Assembly: GCA_963744145.1 (NCBI GenBank)
Contig: CAVUSO010000001.1
Span: 4,192,001-4,256,000 of the forward strand
DNA: 64,000 nucleotides
DNA from: an uncultured cyanobacterium
GTDB lineage: Bacteria > Cyanobacteriota > Cyanobacteriia > Cyanobacteriales > CAWUOF01
Reading direction: 5' to 3'
Under the pieces are notes generated by a model. That model made no database searches. It saw only the letters and a list, made by a program, of their open reading frames with translations, and was not told the DNA's origin. The position numbers and the translations under genes are program-made. Positions 53,403-63,835 of the stretch are shown piece after piece (the stretch's first letter is position 1; every line of letters begins with the position of its first letter).

Positions 53403-55034
53403 CTATTTAGCAACTAACAAAGGACCACCAAGGGTTTGATTTTGCAAGAGCAAACCATATTCAAGTCCTTCGACCACCGCACGATAGGAAGCATCTAGAA
53501 TATTAGTAGACACCCCGACAGTAGTCCAACGTTGTTGACCATCACTAGATTCCACTAAAACGCGGGTTTTCGCAGCAGTTCCCGTATGTCCATCCAGAAT
53601 TCTGACCTTATAGTCGGTCAAATGAAAATCAGCGATCGCTGGATAGAATTTAACGAGAGCTTTACGGAGAGCTGAATCAAGAGCTGAAACTGGACCATTA
53701 CCTTCTGCTGCTTCTAGTAAATCTTGATCATTAACCGCAAGTTTAATGGTAGCTAAAGCGTAGGAAGAGCCATAAGCACCAATATCACAATGAATTTGAA
53801 AACCTTTAAGTTCAAAAAAATGTTGACGCTGACCCATAGCAGACCGCATTAACAAATCAAAACTTGCTTCAGCTGCTTCAAATTGATATCCTTCACTTTC
53901 TAAATCTTTTAATTGCTGCAAGATTTCGCGACAAGTTGGGTCTTGTTTATTCAGTTCGATCCCAAAAGTGCGAGCTTTCGCTAACACATTACTCAATCCA
54001 GCTTGATCAGAAATTACAATTCTTCTGGTATTACCGATTAATTCTGGTTGAATATGTTCATAAGTTAAAGGATTTTTTTCTACAGCCGAAACATGAATTC
54101 CTCCTTTATGAGCAAAAGCCGAACGACCGACAAAGGGACTATGTTCGTCTGGAGCCAAATTTACCACTTCGCTGACAAACCGACTAACTTGAGTAAGTTG
54201 TGTTAGCTTTTCGTTTTCAATACAGGAAAAGCCGAGTTTAATTTGTAAATTGGGAATCACAGAACATAAATTAGCATTCCCACAGCGTTCTCCATAACCA
54301 TTGATCGTTCCTTGGACCATTCTCACACCCGAGATCACCGCAGTTAACGCATTAGCTACCGCAGTATCCCCATCATTATGAGTGTGAATACCTAGTTTTG
54401 GTAAGGGATGAGTCGAGCCGATCGCGACAACGACCTGACGGATAATTTGGCTAATTTCATGGGGAAGAGTACCACCATTAGTATCACAGAAAACTAACCA
54501 TTCAGCCCCAGCAGCGATCGCGGTTTTTAAAGTGGTCAGAGCATAAGCGGGATTTTGCTTATAACCATCAAACCAATGTTCAGCATCATAGATCACTCTG
54601 CGTCCCTGACTCCGGAGATACTTGATCGTATCACCAATCATCGAGAGGTTTTCTTCTAGAGTAGTTTTTAGCCCTTCTGTGACATGGAGATCCCAGGATT
54701 TGCCAAAAATCGTCACCCAGCGCGTGCCTGCGGCTAAGATGGGTTGTAACATTAGATCAGTATCAGCAGGAATTCCCGGACGACGAGTGGAACAGAACGC
54801 GACTATTTCGGCTTGTTTGAGGGGTTCTTCTTTTAGTTGCCAAAAAAATTGGACATCTTTGGGATTAGCCCCGGGCCATCCTCCCTCAATAAAGGGTATA
54901 CCTAATAAGTCTAATTGATGGGCAATTCTTAATTTGTCTTCAATTGATAGGGATAGTCCCTCCCGTTGGGCTCCGTCCCGTAAGGTAGTATCATAAATCC
55001 AAATGTTTGAGTTATCTGTAGTGATTAATGACAT
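53403..55034 (-). CDS. cimA: Citramalate synthase
   Basis: DTTLRDGAQREG, EGGWPGANPKD, FGKSWDLHV, YDAEHWFDG, GYGERCGN, HKGGIH. Confidence 0.92.
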   Translation of the reverse strand: MSLITTDNSNIWIYDTTLRDGAQREGLSLSIEDKLRIAHQLDLLGIPFIEGGWPGANPKDVQFFWQLKEEPLKQAEIVAFCSTRRPGIPADTDLMLQPILAAGTRWVTIFGKSWDLHVTEGLKTTLEENLSMIGDTIKYLRSQGRRVIYDAEHWFDGYKQNPAYALTTLKTAIAAGAEWLVFCDTNGGTLPHEISQIIRQVVVAIGSTHPLPKLGIHTHNDGDTAVANALTAVISGVRMVQGTINGYGERCGNANLCSVIPNLQIKLGFSCIENEKLTQLTQVSRFVSEVVNLAPDEHSPFVGRSAFAHKGGIHVSAVEKNPLTYEHIQPELIGNTRRIVISDQAGLSNVLAKARTFGIELNKQDPTCREILQQLKDLESEGYQFEAAEASFDLLMRSAMGQRQHFFELKGFQIHCDIGAYGSSYALATIKLAVNDQDLLEAAEGNGPVSALDSALRKALVKFYPAIADFHLTDYKVRILDGHTGTAAKTRVLVESSDGQQRWTTVGVSTNILDASYRAVVEGLEYGLLLQNQTLGGPLLVAK

Positions 55035-55150
55035 TAGCGGTAATTTCTATTCGGCTGTTTGCTTAGAGCGTGAATACTTAGTAGTAAATTTTAAATATCA
55101 GTCATACTAAAATAGTCAAACTTAATAAAACATAATTTAGGTGCGTCAAT

Positions 55151-55483
55151 ATGCCTAAGGTTACAGCTCAAGGAAAAACGTTTGAGTGCGATCGCGGCGC
55201 TAATTTACGTCAGGTTTTGTTAAAAAATGGGGTTGATCTATATAATGGAGGTGCCAAAGGTCTGAATTGTCGGGGTCTGGGTACTTGTGGGACTTGTGCG
55301 GTCAAGGTGGAAGGAGAAGTTAGTGAAACTGGTGGATGGGAAAAAACCAGGCGATCGCTACCTCCCCATTCTCTCAAATCTAATCTGCGTTTAGCTTGTC
55401 AAACTCAAGTTTTAGGTGATGTCAAAGTAACAAAAATGGATGGATTTTGGGGTCAAGGTTCTCAACCTGTGTGGACTCCCTAA
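55151..55483 (+). CDS. 2Fe-2S ferredoxin-like protein
   Basis: NCRGLGTCGTC...RLACQ...DGFWGQG. Confidence 0.9.
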   Translation: MPKVTAQGKTFECDRGANLRQVLLKNGVDLYNGGAKGLNCRGLGTCGTCAVKVEGEVSETGGWEKTRRSLPPHSLKSNLRLACQTQVLGDVKVTKMDGFWGQGSQPVWTP

Positions 55484-55529
55484 ACATAGTTAACTAGGTG
55501 TCGGGTGTGGGAGTTAAAACTTACCATCT

Positions 55530-55564
55530 CACACCTAACACCTGACACCTAACACCTGACACCT
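55530..55564. repeat. Heptamer tandem repeat ACACCT(A/G)
   Basis: acacctaacacctgacacctaacacctgacacc. Confidence 0.75.
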
Positions 55565-55931
55565 ACACCAAATGTTCTAAACGATTCAGACGTTCTGAGT
55601 AATTATGGATCACGGAGAGGGCAAACATCGGGGTTTCTTGTACAGCAAACAGAAATCTTTCCCGATCTAAGCAGGCTAAGGTAACATCAGTTTTAGCAAT
55701 AATGGTATAGGTTCGATTTTGTTGACCAACCAGTACCCCCACACCAAACATTGCACCTGGTGCCAAAGTTTCTACAACTTTACCATTAATGATTAGGTTA
55801 AGTTCTCCGGCAATAATACCATACATCTCATCTCCAGGTTGCCCTTCCTCAAAGATTGTTTGACCGGCTAAAAATGTCTAAGGTTTGGGTTGTTTTTGAA
55901 ACAGACTGATGGTTTCTATTGGACCTAACAT
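55563..55931 (-). pseudogene. Cyclic-nucleotide-binding domain protein with in-frame TAG at codon 18
   Basis: MLGPIETISLFQKQPKP*TFLAGQTIFEEGQPGDEMYGII...FLFAVQETPMFAL; stop at 55878-55880. Confidence 0.85.
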
Positions 55932-56059
55932 TTGGGGATGGCTCCTAATGGGTAAGGGGGTTGAGGCAAAATTTATTATATAGCGATTTTGCACAAGAAA
56001 AAGTTATTCCCTATTATTGGGCAGCTTTTACGATGCAAGGTGAATGGTGCTAAGAATTT

Positions 56060-56503
56060 TTAGATACTTGCGGGATCTACGGCAATAATTCCATCACTAG
56101 AATACCGCATAAAGTCACGAGCATTTAAAGTCAAAATATGCGTGATATTATTGGTTTGCATTGCTGCTACAAGTCGCGCATCATGAACTTGAACACCAGA
56201 AACTTTAAATCTGACAACAAGCGATCGCCATTTAGAATAAACCGTCGAATTATCAGGCAAAATTAGAAAAATTCGCTCAATTAATCCTAAAAGTCTATCA
56301 GCTTCAATATGAGTAAACCCCAGCCCATTTCTATCAATAGGTCGAGTGACAACATTCCAAAACTCAACACAGTTTTGAGATGTCACATACAGGGTATAAT
56401 TTTCCTGTTTTAGCTGACGAATAGCAGCTCTAATAGTTAGATGTAAAGGATGAGAGCGAATCACAAATCGTAATAAAATATTTGTGTCAATCAGATAGAA
56501 CAT
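56060..56503 (-). CDS. vapC: PIN-domain VapC toxin
   Basis: YLIDTNILL, EFWNV, VHDARLVAAM, TLNARDF. Confidence 0.88.
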   Translation of the reverse strand: MFYLIDTNILLRFVIRSHPLHLTIRAAIRQLKQENYTLYVTSQNCVEFWNVVTRPIDRNGLGFTHIEADRLLGLIERIFLILPDNSTVYSKWRSLVVRFKVSGVQVHDARLVAAMQTNNITHILTLNARDFMRYSSDGIIAVDPASI

Positions 56504-56506
56504 AAT

Positions 56507-56770
56507 TTAAGGATGCTCCTCATAAATACCAGCACGACTAACTGCGTACTCTGAGAGTTGTGGAATTCTATTGCCTGATATTTTTTCATATTCATCTGCT
56601 AATTGATCTGCTAATTGCTCGAATGTTTCCAGATCTTCAGTTGTTCTATTTTGCTTTTCTTTACTCCATTTATATTGTAAATATTCAAGAAATTCGGCAA
56701 TTTCAAGAATTAAATTATCTGGTAAAGTATTGATAACTTGAAATATTTGCTGACGATTGATAATAGACAT
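56507..56770 (-). CDS. Probable antitoxin (DUF2281-like N-terminus)
   Basis: 87 aa, 3 nt upstream of PIN gene; EIAEFLEYL, C-terminal LSEYAVSRAGIYEEHP. Confidence 0.75.
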   Translation of the reverse strand: MSIINRQQIFQVINTLPDNLILEIAEFLEYLQYKWSKEKQNRTTEDLETFEQLADQLADEYEKISGNRIPQLSEYAVSRAGIYEEHP

Positions 56771-56807
56771 AGTTAGGCTCTTTTTTGATCGGTATTCTTC
56801 TAATTAT

Positions 56808-56991
56808 AGGAGAAGTTAGTGAAACTGGTAGATGGGAAAAACCAGGCGATCGCTACCTCCCCATTCTCTCAAATCTAATCTGCGTTTAGCTTGTCAAACT
56901 CAAGTTTCAGGTGATGTCATAGTCAGGAAAATGGATGGATTTTGGGGTCAAGGTTTTCAACCTGTGTGGACAACCTAAGCATAGTTAACTA
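56808..56991 (+). repeat. Degenerate direct-repeat copy of the ferredoxin 3' half (55312-55496)
   Basis: aggagaagttagtgaaactggt...cctgtgtggac...catagttaacta present twice; the copy lacks one A. Confidence 0.92.
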
Positions 56992-56995
56992 TTGT

Positions 56996-57406
56996 TTAAG
57001 TTTCTACTATGGTTGAGGAAAGCCCGACTAAATCACCAGATTCAGTTGTCCCAATGATATAAACCTCTATTTGGCGCTGACCGATGCGATAAACTTGTAA
57101 GTTATTAAGATTATTTTTGATAGTAGCTACCAGAATTTTAAACCTTTTAACTGTTTCTTGTTCTGTCTGATTATGCCAATCTTGTGCAGTGACAAAATTC
57201 TGAAAAAAAGCATCAATATTAACTAATTCAATTGGGGTATCTGGGGAATGGTTGGTTTTTGCTAAAATTTGACTAGCAGGGATAGGTGTAGCAACAGATT
57301 CCCAACAAAAAACTGTTAATGGGGATGTTGATTCACTCATTAATAATAAGTCATTTGTTGCTTGTTGCAGTTGCTTGAAAATTATCAAAGTTGGCTCTTT
57401 CATCAA
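56996..57406 (-). CDS. nuiA: Nuclease A inhibitor-like protein
   Basis: LLLMSES..P...W, FF...DWH, VYRIG...EVYIIG, C-terminal VET. Confidence 0.85.
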   Translation of the reverse strand: MMKEPTLIIFKQLQQATNDLLLMSESTSPLTVFCWESVATPIPASQILAKTNHSPDTPIELVNIDAFFQNFVTAQDWHNQTEQETVKRFKILVATIKNNLNNLQVYRIGQRQIEVYIIGTTESGDLVGLSSTIVET

Positions 57407-57657
57407 GTTAATTTTAGTGATACCGACATATTATAAAACAAGATGGTTTGGAAATGCACCTATGTAACACTGACATGAGTAGCCCATTGGGGGGGTCTCT
57501 TCTGTCAACTGCGGAAGTCTTGAAAATAAATCGCGATCGCTATTTCCCAAACCAGTCTCAAATATTAACTTTTGTAAAAACCTGAGCAACCTCTGGCTGA
57601 ATCAAAAATAAATGTTGATACCATAATAGGAGGTGAAGGGGAGGGGAAAATAAGTTA

Positions 57658-58851
57658 ATGTTAGATGCCAAGTCTTTATTTAACGAGAGTTATTATGATA
57701 CTCTCTACCCAGATGTAGCTACGGCAATAGCTAAGGGATATTTTAGTAGTGGGTATGATCATTTTCTCAAATTTGGCAAATCAGAAGGTCGCAGCCCAAG
57801 TCCTTTTTTTGACCCAAATTTTTACCTGACTGAATATGCAGATGTAGCCAATGCTATCAAAAATGGTGTGATTACCAATGCTTTTGACCATTATATTACC
57901 TTCGGACAAAAGGAAGGTCGTGACGGTAGTGTTCTCTTTGATAACAACTACTATTTAGCTCATCAAGCTGATGTAGCTACAGCAGTAAATAACGCTGCTA
58001 ATACTATCGATCCGCTAACGGGAATCCAACACTATATTCAAAATGGTCTTAATGAAGGACGGGCTGGTTCTTTAGAGTTTGATCCGATCTACTACCAACA
58101 AAATAACTCAGATTTAAAAGCTGCTGGTTTGAATAACCAACAATTAGCTAACCATTTTGTACTTAATGGAGAACAGGAAGGACGTAGAGCATCCTTAGCA
58201 TTTGATGTGCAATTTTACTTAAATAATAATCCCGATTTAAAAGCAGCTAAATTAACTGATCAGCAATTATTTGAACACTATGCTACTAATGGATTAAAAG
58301 AAGATCGTGTAGCTAGACCTGGGATAGTTGCGGCTGGAGCTAACAATGATCAAGTGATCATGGGAGTACAAATTTTAAATAGTACCAAACCAACCGCGAT
58401 CGGAACTAATGGTTTAACCAGCGTAGCATTTCCTGGTGCGCTCAGTATTAATGGTGTATCTTTTGTGAACGGGGTTACTTATCTAGCTGGAATAAATGCT
58501 TGGAATTCTACTTATACGGACTCAGCTTATACCATTATCAATAATACTAATAATACTATTACCCAATTAGGATTTCATAACATTTACTTTACCTTATCAA
58601 CATTTAATGGTATTTCTCTCCATACAATTGGAGGTATTAATGCTTTTGGTCAAACTGATTTTCAGCCATCAGATGTAGCTGGTAGTACATCCGATATTTT
58701 TGGTAATATATCTTATGATCCTGTGACCAATACATTGATTTTTGCCAGTGGTAATAAAACTGGTATTTTACCAGGTCAATCTGTAGATGTTGTCTGGCAC
58801 TTTACCGTACCTCAAGATTTAGAATCTCACCGAGTTGTTATCGGTACTTGA
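57658..58851 (+). CDS. Putative surface/secreted protein with FDxxYYLxxNPDVAxA-type repeats
   Basis: Five F(D/N)xx(Y/F)Y...D(V/L)..A...H(Y/F)...G..EGR repeats; Asn/Thr/Gly-rich C-terminus. Confidence 0.7.
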   Translation: MLDAKSLFNESYYDTLYPDVATAIAKGYFSSGYDHFLKFGKSEGRSPSPFFDPNFYLTEYADVANAIKNGVITNAFDHYITFGQKEGRDGSVLFDNNYYLAHQADVATAVNNAANTIDPLTGIQHYIQNGLNEGRAGSLEFDPIYYQQNNSDLKAAGLNNQQLANHFVLNGEQEGRRASLAFDVQFYLNNNPDLKAAKLTDQQLFEHYATNGLKEDRVARPGIVAAGANNDQVIMGVQILNSTKPTAIGTNGLTSVAFPGALSINGVSFVNGVTYLAGINAWNSTYTDSAYTIINNTNNTITQLGFHNIYFTLSTFNGISLHTIGGINAFGQTDFQPSDVAGSTSDIFGNISYDPVTNTLIFASGNKTGILPGQSVDVVWHFTVPQDLESHRVVIGT

Positions 58852-58942
58852 TCCCTGAATTTTGGGTAGTGCCATCTTGTTCATTGTTATATTTGAATTG
58901 TTATATTTGATTTTTATCTTTCAGTTATGAGTGTTGCCAATT

Positions 58943-59500
58943 TCACGGTTTTTGATGCACTGGCACCAGGTTGGAACTGCCTGTAGTAGAGGTTTGCACA
59001 TCTACAACTCCCCGATACATTCTCATACCGCAGGTAAATTGATATTCACCTGTTTTTTGAGGAGTAAATTGGATCGGAGTGGTTTTATTTAAAGGCAAAT
59101 GAGTATCAATTCCAAAATCGGGAAACAAAACTTCTTCTAAACAACTATTGGCATCTTTGCGGCAGAAATTGAGCCGCACAGGTTGACCAACCTGCACAAC
59201 TATGTAATTGGGTTGGTAGCCACCATCAACAGTAATAGTGAGTTCTTGCAAGCCCTGTTGGAGGGTAGTTTGCTGTACCTTGTTTTTTTTGAAGAGAAAC
59301 CACCAAACTTCTGCACCAATTAGGGCTATACCGCCCAGCGTTACTCCTAGTTTCAAAGCAAAAGGTTGCTCGACCTGACGGAATTGGTTAGTCTGCTGCG
59401 CTGGCATATTCATGCCAGTAGCGGTTGCCTCTAAAGCAATTCCCGTCAATAATCCTACAGATATAATTATACTACCTAAAACTTGGTTTTTGCTGTTCAT
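58943..59500 (-). CDS. Cupredoxin-domain membrane protein (CupA-like)
   Basis: VDGGYQP, SCLEE, FTCGMRMYRG; downstream of the Cu-ATPase. Confidence 0.88.
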   Translation of the reverse strand: MNSKNQVLGSIIISVGLLTGIALEATATGMNMPAQQTNQFRQVEQPFALKLGVTLGGIALIGAEVWWFLFKKNKVQQTTLQQGLQELTITVDGGYQPNYIVVQVGQPVRLNFCRKDANSCLEEVLFPDFGIDTHLPLNKTTPIQFTPQKTGEYQFTCGMRMYRGVVDVQTSTTGSSNLVPVHQKP

Positions 59501-59538
59501 TATTTACCTGATTTTCTGCCATGTTTTGCCCTTTTCCA

Positions 59539-61830
59539 TTAACTCAGTTCGGGCTGGAAATGACGCAAGCGCAAAGCATTGGAGACTACGGAAACAGAAC
59601 TAAATGCCATAGCTGCTCCAGCAATCATGGGGTTGAGTAACCAGCCAAAGAAGGGGAAGAAAATGCCAGTAGCGAGGAAAAGACCAGCGACGTTGTAGGC
59701 AAAAGCAAAGAAGAGATTCTGGCGAATGTTCTGCATTGTAGCGCGACTGAGACGAATGGCGGTGATGATCCCTTGAAGATCACCTGAAATCAGGGTGATA
59801 TCGCTAGCGGCGATCGCCACATCTGTCCCCGTACCAATGGCTAAACCCACGTCTGCTTGAGCCAAAGCAGGTGCGTCGTTGATCCCATCTCCCACCATTG
59901 CCACAATTTTGCCTTCAGCTTGCAGCTTTTTCACGGTGTCCGCTTTTTGGTCGGGGCGCACTTCAGCTAACACGCGCTTAATTCCGACTTGTTGGGCGAT
60001 CGCTGTAGCGGTACGGTGATTATCTCCAGTCAGCATCACCACCTCTAACCCCATTTTTTGCATAGTTTTAATGGCAGTAGCTGAAGCAGGTTTGATGGTG
60101 TCTGCAATAGTGATCAGTCCCTGCAAGCGCCCGTCAACGGCGATAAATACGGCGGTTTTACCTGTGTCTTCCCCAGCAACTTTTTGAGCTTGGAGGGGTA
60201 GAGTTGCAATTCCCAATTCATCCATCCAGCGTTGAGTGCCGATTTGTACCAATTGACCTGCAACGACTCCCTGCACCCCACTACCTGCGATCGCTTCAAA
60301 ATTTTCAGTTTCTGGTAACAATTCTGGCTGACCAGGGGAGGAGCTTTGCTGGGTCTGGGCATAGTTAACCACAGCTTCTGCTAGAGGGTGTTCTGAGTTG
60401 CGCTCAACTGCCCCCACCAATTGCAACAGGGTGAGCGGCTCAATCGCCCAAGATTGGTGATTTTGTCGATCCACCTCCAGCATCGTCGCAAAATCTGTAA
60501 CTCCGGGTTTCCCTTGAGTGATAGTGCCAGTTTTATCTAAAACCACAATTTGAATTTGATGGGCAAGTTCTAAACTATCTGCCCCTTTAATCAAAATACC
60601 GTTTTCCGCACCTTTACCCATACCAACTGTCACAGATGTGGGAGTCGCTAAACCCAAGGCACAGGGACAAGCGATAATCAGGACGCTCACTGTAGTAATC
60701 ATGGCCAGGGTAATATTGCCCATCAAGTCAAACCAAATCACAAAGGTGGCGATCGCTAACCCAATCACCGCAGGTACAAACCATCCCGTTACTTGGTCAG
60801 CCAGTTTTTGAATTGGTGCTTTCGAGTTCTGGGACTCTTGGACCAGTTTGACAATTTGAGCTAATGCGGTATCTTTCCCCACTCGGGTTGTCTGGAACCG
60901 GAAACTGCCAGTTTTATTAATGGTGGCTCCCATCACCTGATCTCCCAATTGCTTAGTAACCGGGATGCTCTCACCTGTAATCATCGACTCATCTACTGCT
61001 GATGAGCCAGCAATTACCTCACCATCAACCGGGATTTTTTCTCCAGGACGCACGACGATGATATCTCCCACCACCACTTCAGCAATAGGAATATCTATCT
61101 CTTTCTGATCGCGAACTACCCTTGCTGTTTTTGCTTGTAACCCCATCAATTTACGAATGGCTGCTGAGGTTTCGCCCTTAGCCCGGTTTTCCAAAAAGCG
61201 ACCTACTAACGTTAAGGTAATGATGACAGTTGAAGCTTCAAAGTAAACCTCTGGCTTTAGTCCTTGGGATAGAAAGAATCCAGGATTTACCGTAGTCCAG
61301 ACCGAATAGGAGTAGGCAATCGTCGTTCCCAAAGCAATCAGAGTATTCATATCTGCGGTGCGATGTCGAAATGCCGAAATCGCTGATCTATAAAAGGATT
61401 GACTCACCCAAAACTGAACAGGGGCAGCGATGATTAACTGGACCCAAGGAATAGCTAGCCATTGGAGAGATGAAGGCAATGACATTCCTATATGCTCAAG
61501 TGTGCTAATTATCAATAGAACGCTTAATACACCACCAACTATTACCTTCAGCTTGAGGTCTTGCTGTTCGGCTTGGCGAAGGATTTTCTCTGCATCGTCT
61601 TCTTCCTCTCCAGGCTCAGATATGGGATAAGCAGAGTAACCCGCGGCACTTACCGCTTGGACTATCTGGTCAGAACTGGTTTGCTTGGCATCGAATGTGA
61701 TGGCAGCTTGCTCAATGCCAAAATTGACATTACAATTAATAACACCGGGAACAAATTTGATCGCTTGCTCAATTGTATTTGCACAAGATGCACAACCCAT
61801 GCCTTTCAATCGCAAATGCAATGTTTCCAT
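59539..61830 (-). CDS. pacS: Copper-translocating P1B-type ATPase
   Basis: [42 protein letters not shown] and MAFSS. Confidence 0.92.
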   Translation of the reverse strand: METLHLRLKGMGCASCANTIEQAIKFVPGVINCNVNFGIEQAAITFDAKQTSSDQIVQAVSAAGYSAYPISEPGEEEDDAEKILRQAEQQDLKLKVIVGGVLSVLLIISTLEHIGMSLPSSLQWLAIPWVQLIIAAPVQFWVSQSFYRSAISAFRHRTADMNTLIALGTTIAYSYSVWTTVNPGFFLSQGLKPEVYFEASTVIITLTLVGRFLENRAKGETSAAIRKLMGLQAKTARVVRDQKEIDIPIAEVVVGDIIVVRPGEKIPVDGEVIAGSSAVDESMITGESIPVTKQLGDQVMGATINKTGSFRFQTTRVGKDTALAQIVKLVQESQNSKAPIQKLADQVTGWFVPAVIGLAIATFVIWFDLMGNITLAMITTVSVLIIACPCALGLATPTSVTVGMGKGAENGILIKGADSLELAHQIQIVVLDKTGTITQGKPGVTDFATMLEVDRQNHQSWAIEPLTLLQLVGAVERNSEHPLAEAVVNYAQTQQSSSPGQPELLPETENFEAIAGSGVQGVVAGQLVQIGTQRWMDELGIATLPLQAQKVAGEDTGKTAVFIAVDGRLQGLITIADTIKPASATAIKTMQKMGLEVVMLTGDNHRTATAIAQQVGIKRVLAEVRPDQKADTVKKLQAEGKIVAMVGDGINDAPALAQADVGLAIGTGTDVAIAASDITLISGDLQGIITAIRLSRATMQNIRQNLFFAFAYNVAGLFLATGIFFPFFGWLLNPMIAGAAMAFSSVSVVSNALRLRHFQPELS

Positions 61831-61948
61831 ATCTGACTCGGATTAATATAAGGATCAGGCAAAAAGTTAAGTTTGTTGTTTTAATTATGGTATTTTTTTT
61901 AATCTCAGAGCAGTTATTTTAGGGGCGATCGCGCAAAATGGAAAAAAC

Positions 61949-62533
61949 ATGAGTGAATCAATCAAAGCAACCCGCGCTACTGTGGCGATCGGGACGTTAA
62001 ATGTAGATGGTTATATGTTGCCTGACGGTAGTTACCGTATGTCTCAGACACAGGCGGCTGAAACTGTCGGAAAAGAAGAATTTAACGCACGGGATTTTTT
62101 AGCGTCTAAGACCTTCAAACGCTTAAGTGGTGAAGGTTATACGGACGGGAAATTTATCGAGATTGAGTCAGAATCTACTCAAGTTAGGGGGCAAAGTCGT
62201 TTTAGAGCTTTACCTTTAGAGGTCGTGGTTATCTATTGGATATACCAGTGCCATCGCGGTAATAAACAAGCTTTCTCGCTGTTGATTGCACTTGCTACTG
62301 AATCCCTAGAGCGTAGGTTTGATAATGCTTTTGGTGTGGTTCGCACTGAGCAAGAGCGCAACGATATCACTACAGCAAGGATCAATGCTCTCGAAAGAGA
62401 CCTTGCTAATTTGGGTGATGGGTTTGCGATCGATGATGAAATCCGCCGCGAGCGTGATTATTTTGAGACACTACTAAAGCAAAACGGTATCGATCCTTAT
62501 GGGTTGCCAAGTGACGATCTCAAAAAACCATAA
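61949..62533 (+). CDS. Hypothetical protein resembling phage antirepressor/P63C-associated DNA-binding proteins
   Basis: 194-aa ORF; IG.L.VDGYMLPDG.YRMSQTQ pattern; family assignment tentative. Confidence 0.5.
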   Translation: MSESIKATRATVAIGTLNVDGYMLPDGSYRMSQTQAAETVGKEEFNARDFLASKTFKRLSGEGYTDGKFIEIESESTQVRGQSRFRALPLEVVVIYWIYQCHRGNKQAFSLLIALATESLERRFDNAFGVVRTEQERNDITTARINALERDLANLGDGFAIDDEIRRERDYFETLLKQNGIDPYGLPSDDLKKP

Positions 62534-62861
62534 ATTTGATGGTCCAAACTTGGTGGACTCATCCTATTTATGCCAGAGTTGAACCAATCTATAGCTTTGA
62601 TGTGTGATCCGAATTAGGGGCGATCGCTGTTGACCAGTGTAGTTTTAGCCTTGCTGATTTATGATGACAACTGCCAACAACACGCGTCTTGAAATATCTG
62701 ATTTAATTGCTGATTTGGTTTGATCTAATGTGGTTCATTCTCAAGAAGAGAGAATAGACAGTCATTGGATAAGTTTTGATGACTAATCAAACGGACATAA
62801 AGCTTGAAATGATTGCTAGTTAAACGGTAAGCGCGATTGAATCCGGTTGATTAATTTTTTG

Positions 62862-63446
62862 TCAATCCCCAAAAATCGCATCAACACTAATCACTATGTC
62901 CGGAAACGCAAGGGGTGAGATACTTTCACCGCGTCTAAACTGTTGTATACTTTCATAACCGTTCGGACCGGGATTGCGATAAACCTCAACTAATTCAGCA
63001 TTTATATCTACGATCCAAAGTTCAATAATCCCAGCTAGACTGTAGCGAAATGACTTAACATTACGGTCGTGTTCAATTGTGGTGTCTGCTACTTCGATCA
63101 ATAAATATACGTCTTGGGGTTGTGGATGTGGGTCTCGGTATGCGCGACTTTTCGAGATTGATATATCCGGCTGCGGTTCTAATCCCCCGTTTAGTCTAAC
63201 TGGAGTCTGAGCTGTAAGAAACGCACGATCACCCAAAGCCTTAGAGAAAATCGAGAGTAAAAACCCAATACAATTTGCATGACGACTACCCATCGGTGCC
63301 ATAAGAATGATATCCCCATCAATTAATTCCGTCCGTTCATCAGGTCCAATTATCCCAACTTCACCCAGTTTGTAATATTCCTCTACCGTAAACTTCTTTC
63401 TTGTTGGTGTTGTTGCTGTTGCTACTGCGATCATCTTTCTCACCAT
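62862..63446 (-). CDS. Uma2 family endonuclease
   Basis: FTVEEY, ELIDG, EPQPD, LLIEVADT, D...K...Y...GI.ELWIVD. Confidence 0.92.
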   Translation of the reverse strand: MVRKMIAVATATTPTRKKFTVEEYYKLGEVGIIGPDERTELIDGDIILMAPMGSRHANCIGFLLSIFSKALGDRAFLTAQTPVRLNGGLEPQPDISISKSRAYRDPHPQPQDVYLLIEVADTTIEHDRNVKSFRYSLAGIIELWIVDINAELVEVYRNPGPNGYESIQQFRRGESISPLAFPDIVISVDAIFGD

Positions 63447-63556
63447 CCCATAAACTGACTAGCTCCGATCATTCTCATTCTAATTGCGTTCACTAGCTTG
63501 TACCGTAGGTAATCGCTTTACTGGTTTGCTCCGGTGATACCTACATAGAGAAACAG

Positions 63557-63806
63557 TAATACCAATTCACCATGAAGATACATTGATGTATATTGATCTG
63601 TGGGTGAGGGTGGGTTTTGATGATTAGTAGGTAAATGTCAAACATCTCGGTGAACCCACCCCTACAAAAACCCGCAAATAGAGGATAAAATTGGTAGGGG
63701 CAGGTTCACCAGTCAATTTTGCCACCAATAGATCACCATTATAAACCTGCCCTGGCCTAACAGATCAACCTCAGATTAAGTGCAATTTCATAGTTAATTG
63801 GTATAA
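63557..63806. repeat. TIR element (TAATACCAATT...AATTGGTATAA) enclosing two GTAG/CTAC hairpins
   Basis: gggtgggtt...aacccacccctac and gtaggggcaggtt...aacctgccc. Confidence 0.8.
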
Positions 63807-63835
63807 GCGCGATTGAATCCAGTTGATTAATTTTG

